From UHGV virus genome UHGV-0318153: DNA of 64,000 bases. One strand, 5' to 3'. Shown here piece after piece: positions 21,606 to 31,487 of the stretch. The position numbers were made by a program, and so were the translations under genes. This DNA comes from a virus. Each line of letters starts with the position of its first letter. Position 1 is the first letter of the stretch. The notes beneath the pieces are model-generated. The model was not told where the DNA came from and did not search any database. It saw only the letters and a list, made by a program, of their open reading frames with translations.

Positions 21606-22050
21606 ATAGAAATTAGAATTTAGAATTTATAGTTGTGAAAGTGAAGCTATGTATAAGAATCTCTGTACTTTAAAATTGATTAAAGATTCTCTATATACAA
21701 TAGATAATTATAATAATAAAGATAAAGATATTAAAAATAATTCAATTAATAAAATATATAAAGAATGAAGTAAAATTATAATGATTTAAAATAATGAAGA
21801 TATAATAGAGTTTACCCTTTCTAAAAGTGATTGAACATCCTCTTATATAATAGGGGATTATGATAAGGATATTAAAAATAATTCAAGTAATAAAGCAGGT
21901 GAAGAATAAAGTAAAAATTATAATTATTTGAACGATAAAGATGTAGTAGAGTTTATAGTAAAATTTAGAATTTATAGTTATAAAGATGAGGCTATGTATG
22001 ATAGACCCCCGCCCTTCTAAAATTGATTGAACACCCCCTATAGCTAAAGT
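21606..22050. repeat. 2–3 imperfect ~175-bp tandem repeats (iteron-like)
   Basis: tttagaatttatagtt...ctatgtat occurs twice (21619, 21968). ctttctaaaa(t/g)tgattgaaca occurs three times (21653, 21823, 22013). gataa(a/g)gatattaaaaataattcaa occurs twice (21725, 21872). Confidence 0.7.
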
Positions 22051-22084
22051 TGGAAAAAATAACAAAGTTGATTATTCTCATGGT

Positions 22085-22131
22085 AATAACATAAAAGATT
22101 TTGCAGTCGATGTTGATTGTGCTAAAACTGA
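22085..22131 (+). promoter_or_regulatory. Conserved ~45-bp element AATRACATAAAAGATTTTGC(A/C)G..GATG.TG, copy 1 of 4: promoter/operator candidate
   Basis: Four similar copies (22085, 22504, 23397, 23439), each upstream of a plus-strand gene. Confidence 0.35.
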
Positions 22132-22503
22132 TAATTATGGAATACGTAGAAAATGATTTTACTGATGCTTTAATAGAAGTTATATGTGGTGAGAAAATCA
22201 TCGAAGATGAAAATACCACAACTGAGAGTTATAATGTCATTGATGATGACGATGTTTATCCTTTTTAAATTATTAATCATGAAAAAGATTATCTTGAAGT
22301 CTTTGGCTACTATCTTCTTGCTGATAGTAGCTGTGGTATTTGCGATTGGTTATCTTAATTATTATCATGTAGATAGTGTTAATACAATGCTGTGTGCTAT
22401 AGTTAGTGGTTGTGCTTTTCTTACTAATGTGTTTTATGTCACAGATTAAATTAATGATTAGGCTGGTGTTATACCAGCTTAACTAAAATGTGACATCTCA
22501 TAT

Positions 22504-22550
22504 TAATGACATAAAAGATTTTGCCGATGATGTGTGTCGGTTATAATTTT
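22504..22550 (+). promoter_or_regulatory. Conserved ~45-bp element, copy 2: 72 bp upstream of the 22576 gene
   Basis: Same motif family. Confidence 0.35.
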
Positions 22551-22575
22551 ATTAACAATTTAATACTTAATTATT

Positions 22576-23295
22576 ATGACAGCAAACGAAACAACTCAGA
22601 ATGTGAATAGTAATGCAGCTAACAATGCAGCTAACAATGTAGCTAACAATGTAGCAACTAATAATGCTACTCCTGCAACTGCCAAGACTTATGACGAAAT
22701 TGTAGCAGCTTTGAAGGCTAATTCGTCTAATAAAGACCTTACTGTTACTATTGCATCTGTTCAGCTTGACAAACGTAGTGGCAAAAGTGGCAAGGAATAT
22801 TGGAATTTGTTCATGACTCTTGACAAGCCAATTATTGGTGTTGCTAAAGATGCTAATGGTGTTTATCAGCCAGCTTATATTCGTACTATTCAGATGCCTT
22901 ATTGGCAGCTTGAATTGGCAATGAGAGGTAATCAGTTCTTTGGTAGATTTATCAAGTATATTGCTGATGCTATCGAAGTTGGCTTTGGTGACCAATATAT
23001 TGCTGGTTTGACTATGAATATTCTTGCTGAATTTGTTCCAGCTGGTACTGATGCTCAGAATCCTTTTACTCGTAAGGAGAATAAGTACGGTATCAAAGAA
23101 TACGACAGATATATTTATCATGTTGTAGGCGTTGAACAACCAACTGATGAACTTCTTGTGCAAGCATATCGTGATGCTATTGCTGATACTCGTGACATGA
23201 TGCGTGATGCTATGAAAGCAGCTCGTGCAGCTAAAGCAAATCGTGCAGCATTATTAGCAAGTGCAGAAGCTACAACAGAAGAAGTTCCATTTTAA
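22576..23295 (+). CDS. Highly expressed DNA-binding/SSB-like protein (239 aa) with an Asn/Ala-rich N-terminus and a C-terminal EEVPF tail
   Basis: GC-shifted codon usage followed by a strong terminator. The C-terminal acidic tip plus VPF resembles the E. coli SSB tail DDDIPF. Confidence 0.6.
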   Translation: MTANETTQNVNSNAANNAANNVANNVATNNATPATAKTYDEIVAALKANSSNKDLTVTIASVQLDKRSGKSGKEYWNLFMTLDKPIIGVAKDANGVYQPAYIRTIQMPYWQLELAMRGNQFFGRFIKYIADAIEVGFGDQYIAGLTMNILAEFVPAGTDAQNPFTRKENKYGIKEYDRYIYHVVGVEQPTDELLVQAYRDAIADTRDMMRDAMKAARAAKANRAALLASAEATTEEVPF

Positions 23296-23310
23296 ACTGA
23301 TGATGAGATT

Positions 23311-23346
23311 GGCGGAGTGACTACGGTTACTCTGCCTTTCTTTTTA
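23311..23346 (+). terminator. Rho-independent terminator after the 22576 gene
   Basis: GGCGGAGTGAC...GTTACTCTGCC stem followed by TTTCTTTTT. Confidence 0.7.
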
Positions 23347-23396
23347 AAATGTTTTGTTGATGTTATCGACAAATGATTTACTGCGGCTTCTCGTGA

Positions 23397-23470
23397 TAAT
23401 AACATAAACAATGCTGCCGATAGTGGTGCAACTCGAGTTAATGACATAAAAGATGATGTTGTCGTTGTTG
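23397..23470 (+). promoter_or_regulatory. Conserved ~45-bp elements, copies 3 and 4 in tandem
   Basis: aataacataaacaatgctgccgatagtgg and aatgacataaaagatgatgttgtcgttgttgg. Confidence 0.3.
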
Positions 23471-23697
23471 GAGTTGGTGCTAAGCGTTGTCATGTTCTTA
23501 ATAATATAGCTGATGATATTACTATATATCTATAAGATGCAATTTTTCTATCTATCAGCCTGATTATCAGCATTTTAGCTATAAAAAACTGATACTCCAA
23601 AGTATCAACTTTGTAACTGGCTCGTGCAAACTATATACTTTTGAGTACATATAGAATTTTATGCCTATTATTACTTGTAAATATTAAATACAAGTGA

Positions 23698-23705
23698 TAT
23701 ATTTG
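23698..23705 (+). promoter_or_regulatory. Candidate Bacteroidetes-type -7 promoter box TATATTTG (TAnnTTTG) upstream of the 23743 gene
   Basis: Exact match to the -7 consensus ~38 bp before the ATG. The -33 region is only weak (CTTG). Confidence 0.3.
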
Positions 23706-23742
23706 CAAAATCATTTATTTAATCACTCTAAAGTATTCAATT

Positions 23743-24333
23743 ATGAAAAAACCAACATTTAACTTTTCTAGTAATCCAGCTATTAAAGGACTTACTAAAA
23801 CAGAAAAACAAGCTGTTGCTAATTATGTTTCTTCAGAACTTGATGATGCTGCTAAATGGGTAAAACTTATTAAACCTATGCCATTTGATATTAATCTTGA
23901 AGAATATGTTAAAACTAAAGCATTTATTCTAACAGATGGTAGTACATTTAATATTGATTGTATTACTTATGAAAGAGGTAAATATTGTATTGTTTCACCT
24001 GATATATTTGAAGTATTATCTAATATTAAATCAGAAATAGCTACTAATATTGTTACATTTATTGCTCGCAATATTAAATATAATAGCAATATTATTGTTA
24101 TTAGCGATGATGATGTAGATATTATTACTAAAAATCGACAAGTGTTTGACCGTAATATTAGACAATTATGTTCTTATGAAGTATTAGCTAGAACTACTAG
24201 AAAAGATACATTTATTGTTAATCCTAAATATATTCTTTATGGTAGATATGATGAATTTATGAGACATTATAAGAAATTGTATGAAAATAAAGATATTGAG
24301 ACAAATAAATATGGTAGAATAGTTATAAAATGA
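23743..24333 (+). CDS. hypothetical protein (196 aa). The N-terminus carries TFNFSS.
   Basis: ORF. Confidence 0.55.
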   Translation: MKKPTFNFSSNPAIKGLTKTEKQAVANYVSSELDDAAKWVKLIKPMPFDINLEEYVKTKAFILTDGSTFNIDCITYERGKYCIVSPDIFEVLSNIKSEIATNIVTFIARNIKYNSNIIVISDDDVDIITKNRQVFDRNIRQLCSYEVLARTTRKDTFIVNPKYILYGRYDEFMRHYKKLYENKDIETNKYGRIVIK

Positions 24334-24340
24334 TGATATT

Positions 24341-24625
24341 ATGCAAAAGAAGAATATTGATAAAATTAAAGGTTTAGATAAATCTGATAAAGAGTATATA
24401 AAAAAATATTTATATATGATAGAAGATATAGTAATAGATGAAGTTATAAATCAAACTAAATCAACTGTTAAAGTTTGTGGCGAAGAAGTGCGTCTTAAAC
24501 CTTTACCTATATTTGCAAGAACTATTATGTTAAAAGCATTATATAATCATACTAAAGGAAAAGAAAATAAAATTATAGAAGATGCACTTGATAAGATTTA
24601 TAAATATTATACTCATCGATTTTAA
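24341..24625 (+). CDS. hypothetical protein (94 aa)
   Basis: ORF. Confidence 0.5.
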   Translation: MQKKNIDKIKGLDKSDKEYIKKYLYMIEDIVIDEVINQTKSTVKVCGEEVRLKPLPIFARTIMLKALYNHTKGKENKIIEDALDKIYKYYTHRF

Positions 24626-24639
24626 TGATAATGGGGCAG

Positions 24640-25450
24640 GAGAATGAGCTTGAGTAACTGGAGCTATCCCCTCTGCTCTACTTACTATTATTCCTACTAA
24701 TCTTACAACTTCTACAATTCTATATCTTGCTGCCATAGCTCTTACTGCTATTCCAATTATACTTCTTACTGCTATTCTTACTCCTGTTATTCTTACTCTA
24801 ATCGCTTCTCTTACAACTCTAACTCTCATTATTCTAATTGTTATTATATCTTCTGCTCGAATTACTCTTGCATCATCATTATAACTTTTCGTTATACGCC
24901 TATAACTTTTCGTTATAATCTCATCTTCAATATCTTCATTTGTTATATCTTTTGTTATACCTTTTGTTAATCCTTTATTATCTCTATTATGATACCATTT
25001 CTTACTCCTGCTATTCTTACTTTAACAACTTTAATTATTGCTATTCTTGCTGCTATAATTCTTACTGCTATTATTACTCTATAACTTTTCGTTATATCTT
25101 CATAACTTTTAGTTATAGATTATTCTTAATAACTCTTGCTATTATTCTTTCTATTATATCTTTTGCAGCATCTCTTATTGTTCATTTATTACCTTTATGA
25201 CAATCTCTCGTTATATCATTAATAGCATCTTATTGTTGTCATCATTTGCTATTTTCATAATTAATCGTTTATTATTATATGACGAAATAGCTTATTATAT
25301 AACTTTTAAATCTAATATTATTATCCTTTGTTGATTTATCTATAAGACTTTCAACAATAATTCTCTTGATATTACATTTTCCATATCAATTATATTTACT
25401 TTTAGAACTGCATACAGTTGTTTCATTTGTTACAGCTTATGCAGTTCTTT
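24640..25450 (+). repeat. Pyrimidine-rich (C/T) repetitive non-coding region of ~800 bp with short direct repeats (cttactgctattc, ctataacttttcgttata)
   Basis: Read from the sequence. The ORF-track hits 24539..24829(-) and 24940..25200(+) are low-complexity artefacts. Confidence 0.7.
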
Positions 25451-25585
25451 TATTTGTAGCAATAGTTATAACATCATCTGTTATTATAATATAATATATT
25501 GCTGTAAATAATAATTGTAATAATGATTGTTATATGTGAGAATATTATTATATTTGTAGTTGTAAATCTTTTAAATTAATTAATT

Positions 25586-25912
25586 ATGAAACAGAAAAAA
25601 GAAAAACCTGAAACTCCAGCTCATGTATTAGCTTTATCCAATGTTGTTAGAAACAATGCTAATATTAGAGGTATCATTATTGAATATCTGAAAAGATGTT
25701 TTGGTGAAGATGTAAATGTATCTTTATTGACAGATAGATTTGTTATTATTAAAGATGGATTTAAACAAGAATATCGTTATAATAATAAGCAATTTCTTGA
25801 ATGTTTTGCTGCTGCTTTTGATGAATTTAGTAATAGAACTGCTGTTTTGTTAGATGAATTTATTGCTAAAGAAGTCAAACGTAGCTTGCCCGTAGAGGAT
25901 AACGCTAAATAA
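25586..25912 (+). CDS. hypothetical protein (108 aa). One dispersed-repeat copy (SLPVED) lies near the C-terminus.
   Basis: ORF. Confidence 0.5.
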   Translation: MKQKKEKPETPAHVLALSNVVRNNANIRGIIIEYLKRCFGEDVNVSLLTDRFVIIKDGFKQEYRYNNKQFLECFAAAFDEFSNRTAVLLDEFIAKEVKRSLPVEDNAK

Positions 25913-25920
25913 TATAATAT

Positions 25921-26127
25921 ATGATTAATCTTTTTATATTAAGTACACTTATTGTTATTGTTTTAGTTATGTTTATTATAAGTGTATTTGTTATATATTG
26001 TATTGTATCTGATATTCGATATGGTCGAGATATTGCACGATTTGATATTATAGCATTAATTGTTAGTATTATTGTAATTTTTGCTACTATAAATGGTATT
26101 ATTAAATATATTGATTTATGCCTATAG
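25921..26127 (+). CDS. small two-TM membrane protein (68 aa)
   Basis: ORF with two hydrophobic helices. Confidence 0.45.
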   Translation: MINLFILSTLIVIVLVMFIISVFVIYCIVSDIRYGRDIARFDIIALIVSIIVIFATINGIIKYIDLCL

Positions 26128-26275
26128 AATATGTAAAAACTATTGATAAAGAAGAAAATACTATTAGTATTGATTCTGATATTGTTAATAAAGATATGTC
26201 AGAAATAGATGTTGGCGAACTTTATGAAGATTATGTTAGCGAAGATAATGCATTTGGTTTTAATGATTAAATAAA

Positions 26276-26725
26276 ATGAATATGAAGAAAGTTGTTATGG
26301 TTGCCATTCCCTACGGGCAAGCTGTTGTAGCTAAAACTAATAAAGAAAAGTTTTTAGATGCTATTGATTGGATTGAAGATTTTTGTAAAAAGTATGATGC
26401 AGATAGAACTGGTTTTCTTGAAGCTGTTGTTAAAGCTCAAGAATGTCCATTAAGTTATGCTTATTTGCTGTCAATCCTCTACGGGCAAGCTACAATAGCT
26501 AAAGATATGACAAAAGATGAAATCAAATATGTTAATTGCGTTGTTAATGATGCTATTAATACTATTGTGAAAATCAATAAATCTTTATGTCATCATATTA
26601 ATAATAGTATGAGCGAGTTTAACAAAATTGCTGATAATAATATTAATGAAATAATGGATAGATTTAAAGATATTCCAACTGATATTCTTGAAGCTATTGT
26701 AAAAAAAAGAAAATCTGAAAAATAA
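26276..26725 (+). CDS. hypothetical protein (149 aa) containing two direct copies of the dispersed repeat (IPYGQAV, LYGQATI)
   Basis: ORF. Confidence 0.5.
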   Translation: MNMKKVVMVAIPYGQAVVAKTNKEKFLDAIDWIEDFCKKYDADRTGFLEAVVKAQECPLSYAYLLSILYGQATIAKDMTKDEIKYVNCVVNDAINTIVKINKSLCHHINNSMSEFNKIADNNINEIMDRFKDIPTDILEAIVKKRKSEK

Positions 26726-26763
26726 TTATATGTTTAACTGCAATTTCATAGTAAATAAACAAA

Positions 26764-26793
26764 CTACTCTTGCTTGTGAAAGTAGGAGTAGTT
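26764..26793 (+). terminator. Hairpin actactcTTGCTTGTGAAAGTAGgagtagt, terminator/regulatory
   Basis: Perfect 7-bp stem. The conserved loop is also present at 51183. Confidence 0.4.
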
Positions 26794-26890
26794 ACTCTTC
26801 AACCGATGATGACGAAATGAAGTCGAAACTATTATTAATAGTCTTGGAGTTATTACAACTGCATAAATACATTGGGTTAATTATTTTGGT

Positions 26891-26931
26891 AGCCAGTATT
26901 GTCTGTGAAGATAGTGCTGGCTTTTGTTTTG
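26891..26931 (+). terminator. Rho-independent terminator-like hairpin (agccag...ctggct + TTTTGTTTTG)
   Basis: Stem plus T-run directly upstream of the 26936 gene. Confidence 0.5.
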
Positions 26932-26935
26932 ATTA

Positions 26936-28282
26936 TTGTTTAACTTAAAATATATATTGATTATGGAAAAGAAATATCCTGTTTTAAAATGTAATGAAGA
27001 ACTTTGGGCAGAAATTAAACCAGTTCTTAATAATCTTGGTGTTAATGATTTTCCTAATGAACTTTTTTCTGATAGTACTAATGATTATAATTATATAGTT
27101 AGTAATTGGGGAACAGAAACATTAGATAAATTAAATATAGGTATAACTTATTATTCTAAAGTTCATAGTATTAATGGTTTACGTTATCTTGTAAATACTA
27201 AAGAAGAATTTCTTTCTGCTGTTGCTAAACTTCTTGGTAAAGAATATCCTATTAAAGAAGAAACTGAACAATTTAATGGAGCTATTAAATATCCTTATAT
27301 TAAATGTACTCAACGATTATATGATAGAATAAAAGATATTCTTGAAATTGTTGGTTATAATACTATATATGTAGATAAAATAACAGAAGACGCTAATGAA
27401 CTTATTATTAATTATGCTGATAATTTTGGGGATGTTACAAATTTGCTTGAAAATTGTGCTAATTCAAATAATCGTTATGAATGTTCTAATATTAGAGATT
27501 TTCTTACTGCTGCATGTAAATTAAAAGATTTTGAAGTTTATTATATTGATAATACGGAAGATAATAATTCTGAAAATCATTATTTCGGCTATTGTATAAA
27601 CAAAGAAGATAAAACTATTAGTATTTATGAAAATTTTGAAGAAGATGGTTTACAAGCTATTATAGTAGAAAAATCTGTTGTTCCTAAAAAGAAATTTAAA
27701 AAGAAAAAAGAAAACTATGTTGTTTCTTACGACCCTGCTGTTGGAGAATCTAGTACAGTTGTTGCTACTATTCCAGCAAAAGGTAATGATTTTGATAAAG
27801 ATAAAGGTAGTGATTTAGATATAGATAAGCCTATGGAAAAGATTAATATTGCGGATAAATTAAAACATTGTAAGAAAGGTACTAAACTTTATAGTCCTTT
27901 GTTTGGCGAAGTTGAATTTGAAAATGTTGATGATAAAATAGAAATAATTACACATACCGATGAAGAAGAAATATATAAAGCATATTTTGAAAAAGATGGT
28001 AAATATTATATAATTTATAAAGATGCTGAATGTCTTTTATTTCCTTCTAAAGATAATCGAGATTGGAATAATTTTCAAGTTCTTAAATCAGGGCATCATG
28101 TAATGGTTTCTGATGATGCACATGATTGGTGTTTAAGATTATATGTTACTGATAATAAAACTATTCATTTTAATTCAGATGATGATAAAGATGAAATGAC
28201 ATGGAAATATATTGTTCCTGTAGAAGATTTTGATTTTACTGCTGAAGATATTACTATTAATAAAGAAAAATCTATTATATAA
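26936..28282 (+). CDS. hypothetical protein (448 aa; start possibly MEKKYPV at 26963)
   Basis: Long ORF. Confidence 0.6.
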   Translation: MFNLKYILIMEKKYPVLKCNEELWAEIKPVLNNLGVNDFPNELFSDSTNDYNYIVSNWGTETLDKLNIGITYYSKVHSINGLRYLVNTKEEFLSAVAKLLGKEYPIKEETEQFNGAIKYPYIKCTQRLYDRIKDILEIVGYNTIYVDKITEDANELIINYADNFGDVTNLLENCANSNNRYECSNIRDFLTAACKLKDFEVYYIDNTEDNNSENHYFGYCINKEDKTISIYENFEEDGLQAIIVEKSVVPKKKFKKKKENYVVSYDPAVGESSTVVATIPAKGNDFDKDKGSDLDIDKPMEKINIADKLKHCKKGTKLYSPLFGEVEFENVDDKIEIITHTDEEEIYKAYFEKDGKYYIIYKDAECLLFPSKDNRDWNNFQVLKSGHHVMVSDDAHDWCLRLYVTDNKTIHFNSDDDKDEMTWKYIVPVEDFDFTAEDITINKEKSII

Positions 28283-28284
28283 TT

Positions 28285-28512
28285 ATGGATACTATTGCAA
28301 GCCTTTTAACCGATGCTATGGTTGATAATCTTATTAGTAAATATGCTAAATTCCATAAAGGAGAAACTGTTCATTGTAAAACTAATCAACGCGAAGTTGT
28401 TATTGCTAATGTTATTTATGATAATACTACTGATGCAATATACTATGACATTCGATGCGGTCATTCCCAGTATCATGCGATTCCTGAATACTTATTGACT
28501 GCTACAGCCTAA
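28285..28512 (+). CDS. hypothetical protein (75 aa)
   Basis: ORF. Confidence 0.45.
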   Translation: MDTIASLLTDAMVDNLISKYAKFHKGETVHCKTNQREVVIANVIYDNTTDAIYYDIRCGHSQYHAIPEYLLTATA

Positions 28513-28526
28513 ATTTGCCACTTCTT

Positions 28527-28600
28527 TTGACTTCTGACAGACTTTTATATCAATTGTGATAATTTGTATTACTTTTGTGAGAAAGTCTGTCAGAAGTCAA
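28527..28600. promoter_or_regulatory. Perfect 19-bp inverted repeat TTGACTTCTGACAGACTTT / AAAGTCTGTCAGAAGTCAA with a ~36-nt spacer
   Basis: Read from the sequence. A half-site AAAGTCTGTCAGAA recurs at 45058..45071. Confidence 0.6.
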
Positions 28601-28650
28601 ATAAATAGCTCATCCTGAATTTTTATATAATATAGAAATAAATAATTGAT

Positions 28651-28848
28651 ATGAAATGTTATAAATGTACTAATAAATCTAATAATGTTCTTCTTGTTGC
28701 AGCTAATGATATAGAAGAATTACAACGTGTGATAGAACTTGCTGATGATTGTTATGTTTTAAAAAATGATTATCATGATGTTACTATTGAGAGAATAAAA
28801 GAGTTGAATTATAATACTGATACGGCAACTATAATATTTGAAGTATGA
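28651..28848 (+). CDS. hypothetical protein (65 aa)
   Basis: ORF. Confidence 0.45.
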   Translation: MKCYKCTNKSNNVLLVAANDIEELQRVIELADDCYVLKNDYHDVTIERIKELNYNTDTATIIFEV

Positions 28849-28906
28849 AAAAGATAGATTATAATAAAGAAGTGATTGAATATTTTGCTGCTAAATATAA
28901 AATAAA

Positions 28907-29368
28907 ATGAAAACAATAGAACAATATAAAGTTCTAAATAAAATATTTGATGATAAAGAGGAAGCTCTTGAATATGAAAATAGTATTCGTAATAATTTAG
29001 AATTAAGAGCTAAAAATCTAAAAGTATTTTATTGGCGTATGTTAGGTTATCCTGGACATTATACAGCTATTGAACTTATTAATCATTTTTGTCATTATCA
29101 TAAATTTGATTTTGGCAAATGGAAAGGTGAGTATATTGGAGAAATTATGATGATTTTTCCTAAATATATTGAATGGTGTCTTGAAAATGTTTCTTTTTTT
29201 AAACTTAATAAAGAAGAAGAAGCTTTATATAATACTAGTTGGTCTTATAGTGTAGGCGGTGTATCTTGGGATATTACATTTGATGAAGTTAAAGATATTC
29301 CTGGAGATAGATATGACCATGCTTTAATTGATTGGGAAAGAGAACAACTTAAAAATGATACAAAATGA
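28907..29368 (+). CDS. hypothetical protein (153 aa)
   Basis: ORF. Confidence 0.5.
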   Translation: MKTIEQYKVLNKIFDDKEEALEYENSIRNNLELRAKNLKVFYWRMLGYPGHYTAIELINHFCHYHKFDFGKWKGEYIGEIMMIFPKYIEWCLENVSFFKLNKEEEALYNTSWSYSVGGVSWDITFDEVKDIPGDRYDHALIDWEREQLKNDTK

Positions 29369-29616
29369 AAAGAAGAATATTAAATATAATTAATGCTGGA
29401 ATAGCTACTGCTATGTCACATAATAATCCTATATATGGAATTCCTAATAATGATATGATTTTTGTTCCTAGAAATAGAAAACGTAATATTAGGACTGTAG
29501 CTGAAAGTAAGAAATGTAAATCTTGTAAGAAATTTGGTACAGGTCAATGTTATGTTAGATATGTTAGTCCATTAACTGCCACTTGTGAATATTATCAATC
29601 TAAAAGAAAGAAATAA
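29365..29616 (+). CDS. small Cys-rich (zinc-ribbon-like) protein (83 aa)
   Basis: ORF with CKSCKK...C motifs. Confidence 0.45.
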   Translation: MKRRILNIINAGIATAMSHNNPIYGIPNNDMIFVPRNRKRNIRTVAESKKCKSCKKFGTGQCYVRYVSPLTATCEYYQSKRKK

Positions 29617-29618
29617 TT

Positions 29619-29960
29619 ATGGAAATAACTTTAAGTAAAAATCATGGTCTTAATCCAAGTATAATTAAATGTTTTATTTGTGGAAAAGAACATAGTATTG
29701 CTTTGTTTGGTAGACTTAAAGGAGATGCTCAAGCACCTAGAGAAATAGTAGATGGTAGTATATGTGACGATTGTCAAAAAGTTATTGATAATGGTAATGT
29801 ATTTATCATTGAAGTTGAAAAACAAGAAGCAAATCCATATAGAACAGGAAGATTAGTTGCAGTTAAAAAAGAAATTGTCAATATACCTAATAATGGTATT
29901 CTATTTTGTCCTAAAGAAGATTTTGAACAAATGTTTGGTAAACAATTTAAAAATAAATAA
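29619..29960 (+). CDS. zinc-finger protein (113 aa)
   Basis: CFICGKEH...CDDCQ. Confidence 0.5.
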   Translation: MEITLSKNHGLNPSIIKCFICGKEHSIALFGRLKGDAQAPREIVDGSICDDCQKVIDNGNVFIIEVEKQEANPYRTGRLVAVKKEIVNIPNNGILFCPKEDFEQMFGKQFKNK

Positions 29961-29961
29961 T

Positions 29962-30396
29962 ATGAAATTAATACATTTCTTTAGACTAATACAAATGTCT
30001 ATATTTCAAAAGACTGTTGTAAATATGATGTATAACAAAAGTTATGGTAATAACATGGCTTATGATAATACTTGGTTCTTTTGTCCTCGTGTTGTTTGTA
30101 ATGATGGATTTAGTATAAGTTTGCAAATTCATAATGGTAATTATTGTTCTTCTGAAAATGGTTATAGAACTTTAGGTCACACTATGGAAACTGTTGAATT
30201 TGGTTTTCCTAATCAAGATGAAGAACTTCTTAAAGAATATGCAGAATGTCCTGAATCTATTACTGGAACTGTTGGTCAATTATCTATTGATATTGCTCAA
30301 CAAATAATTGATAAACATGGTGGTATAGATTGGGATAAAACTGTTAGTGTTGAACAATTTAATGATTTTATATATGGCAAAGAAAGTAGAAAATAA
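29962..30396 (+). CDS. hypothetical protein (start adjusted to MKLIHFF)
   Basis: ORF. The adjusted start avoids overlapping the upstream gene. Confidence 0.45.
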   Translation: MKLIHFFRLIQMSIFQKTVVNMMYNKSYGNNMAYDNTWFFCPRVVCNDGFSISLQIHNGNYCSSENGYRTLGHTMETVEFGFPNQDEELLKEYAECPESITGTVGQLSIDIAQQIIDKHGGIDWDKTVSVEQFNDFIYGKESRK

Positions 30397-30670
30397 AGAT
30401 GGTTTTCATATAATAGAACTAACTGTTGATGAAGCTATAAATAAATGTCAGTTTGGTTTTGCTAATGAAATAATATGCGACCAATGTAATAAGGCTATTG
30501 AAGATAAAGATGAAATTATATATTTTATAGCTGTTCTTAATATGGCATTTTGTAAAGAATGTTATGAAGATTTTATTTCAGAAGCTGAACATTATGAAGA
30601 AGATGAAGATTTTGAAAAAGAACAGTATAATGTTGTTGCTGAATTATTAGGCTTAGAGCTGGTTGAATAG
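30374..30670 (+). CDS. Cys-rich hypothetical protein (start adjusted to MAKKVENK)
   Basis: ORF with CDQC...CKEC. Confidence 0.45.
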   Translation: MAKKVENKDGFHIIELTVDEAINKCQFGFANEIICDQCNKAIEDKDEIIYFIAVLNMAFCKECYEDFISEAEHYEEDEDFEKEQYNVVAELLGLELVE

Positions 30671-30769
30671 TCTTACATTTCCCTACGGGCAAGCTACAAT
30701 TTGCAGGAGTAGTTAATACTACTTCTGCTTTTATTAATATTATTGTTTAATTTAAAACTTATGTAAAGT

Positions 30770-31060
30770 ATGGCAAAAAATTATGATGAAGTAAGTGTTA
30801 TCAAAGCACTGAAAGCAATTAATGGAATTAAAATTGTAACTAATGACAAAATTGTTAGAATTAGTAAAGGCACAAGAATGAGTAATTCTGTATCTGGAAA
30901 AATTGATTACTTATGTAATTACAAAGGATATACAAGAATTATGACAGATGATGAAGCAATTGAAGTTCAGGATAGCTTGCCCGTAGAGGATAGAAAGGCA
31001 AACAAACGTGCTATGAAACAAGCTATAATGACTAATAATAAGAAACAATATAAGAGATAA
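30770..31060 (+). CDS. hypothetical protein (96 aa). One dispersed-repeat copy (SLPVED).
   Basis: ORF. Confidence 0.5.
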   Translation: MAKNYDEVSVIKALKAINGIKIVTNDKIVRISKGTRMSNSVSGKIDYLCNYKGYTRIMTDDEAIEVQDSLPVEDRKANKRAMKQAIMTNNKKQYKR

Positions 31061-31064
31061 TGTT

Positions 31065-31487
31065 ATGGTAACTTTTAATTTCTCTTTATCTGCTATTAAG
31101 AAAAAAGAGAAAAATAAACCTAAAACTAATGTAGTAACAACTGTTGAAGGTATTGTAGCTATTGTTAATAATGAATATAAATTAAAAGTTGATAATAGTT
31201 TATATGATATTGATAAAAATAGTATTGCTACTAAAGGAAAACGAATTATTTATGCTAAAAGATTAGATGAACGTGGTCATAGAATAAAAATAATTCGTAA
31301 TGGTGAAGATACTTTTGATGTTGGTTCTGAATATTATTCAAGTATTGCTATAGGTTTAAAAGTTAAAGCTAATGTTTCTATTATTAATAATAAGAAAGTA
31401 TGTGCTATAACTAAAATTTATCATGATACATTATTAAATGATATTGAAATAGAAACAATAAAAGAAATGTTTTTTGAATATGATTAG
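31065..31487 (+). CDS. hypothetical protein (140 aa) with the N-terminus MVTFNFSLS shared with the homing endonucleases
   Basis: ORF. Confidence 0.5.
   Translation: MVTFNFSLSAIKKKEKNKPKTNVVTTVEGIVAIVNNEYKLKVDNSLYDIDKNSIATKGKRIIYAKRLDERGHRIKIIRNGEDTFDVGSEYYSSIAIGLKVKANVSIINNKKVCAITKIYHDTLLNDIEIETIKEMFFEYD

Noticed and set aside
21275-22219. ORF-track proteins in the origin-like region (21275..21559, 21883..22065, 21992..22219)
   Set aside because: They lie in low-complexity polypurine or AT-repeat DNA and would be poly-Ile/Phe products. They are artefacts of composition.
24539-25200. ORFs 24539..24829(-) (Arg/Val-rich) and 24940..25200(+)
   Set aside because: They are encoded by the pyrimidine-rich repetitive tract. 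Their repetitive composition mirrors the DNA repeats, and neither has gene context.
26730-26948. 72-aa ORF between the 26276 and 26936 genes
   Set aside because: The region is occupied by two hairpin/terminator elements, one of them part of a repeated DNA family. The ACESSS peptide arises from the repeated loop sequence.
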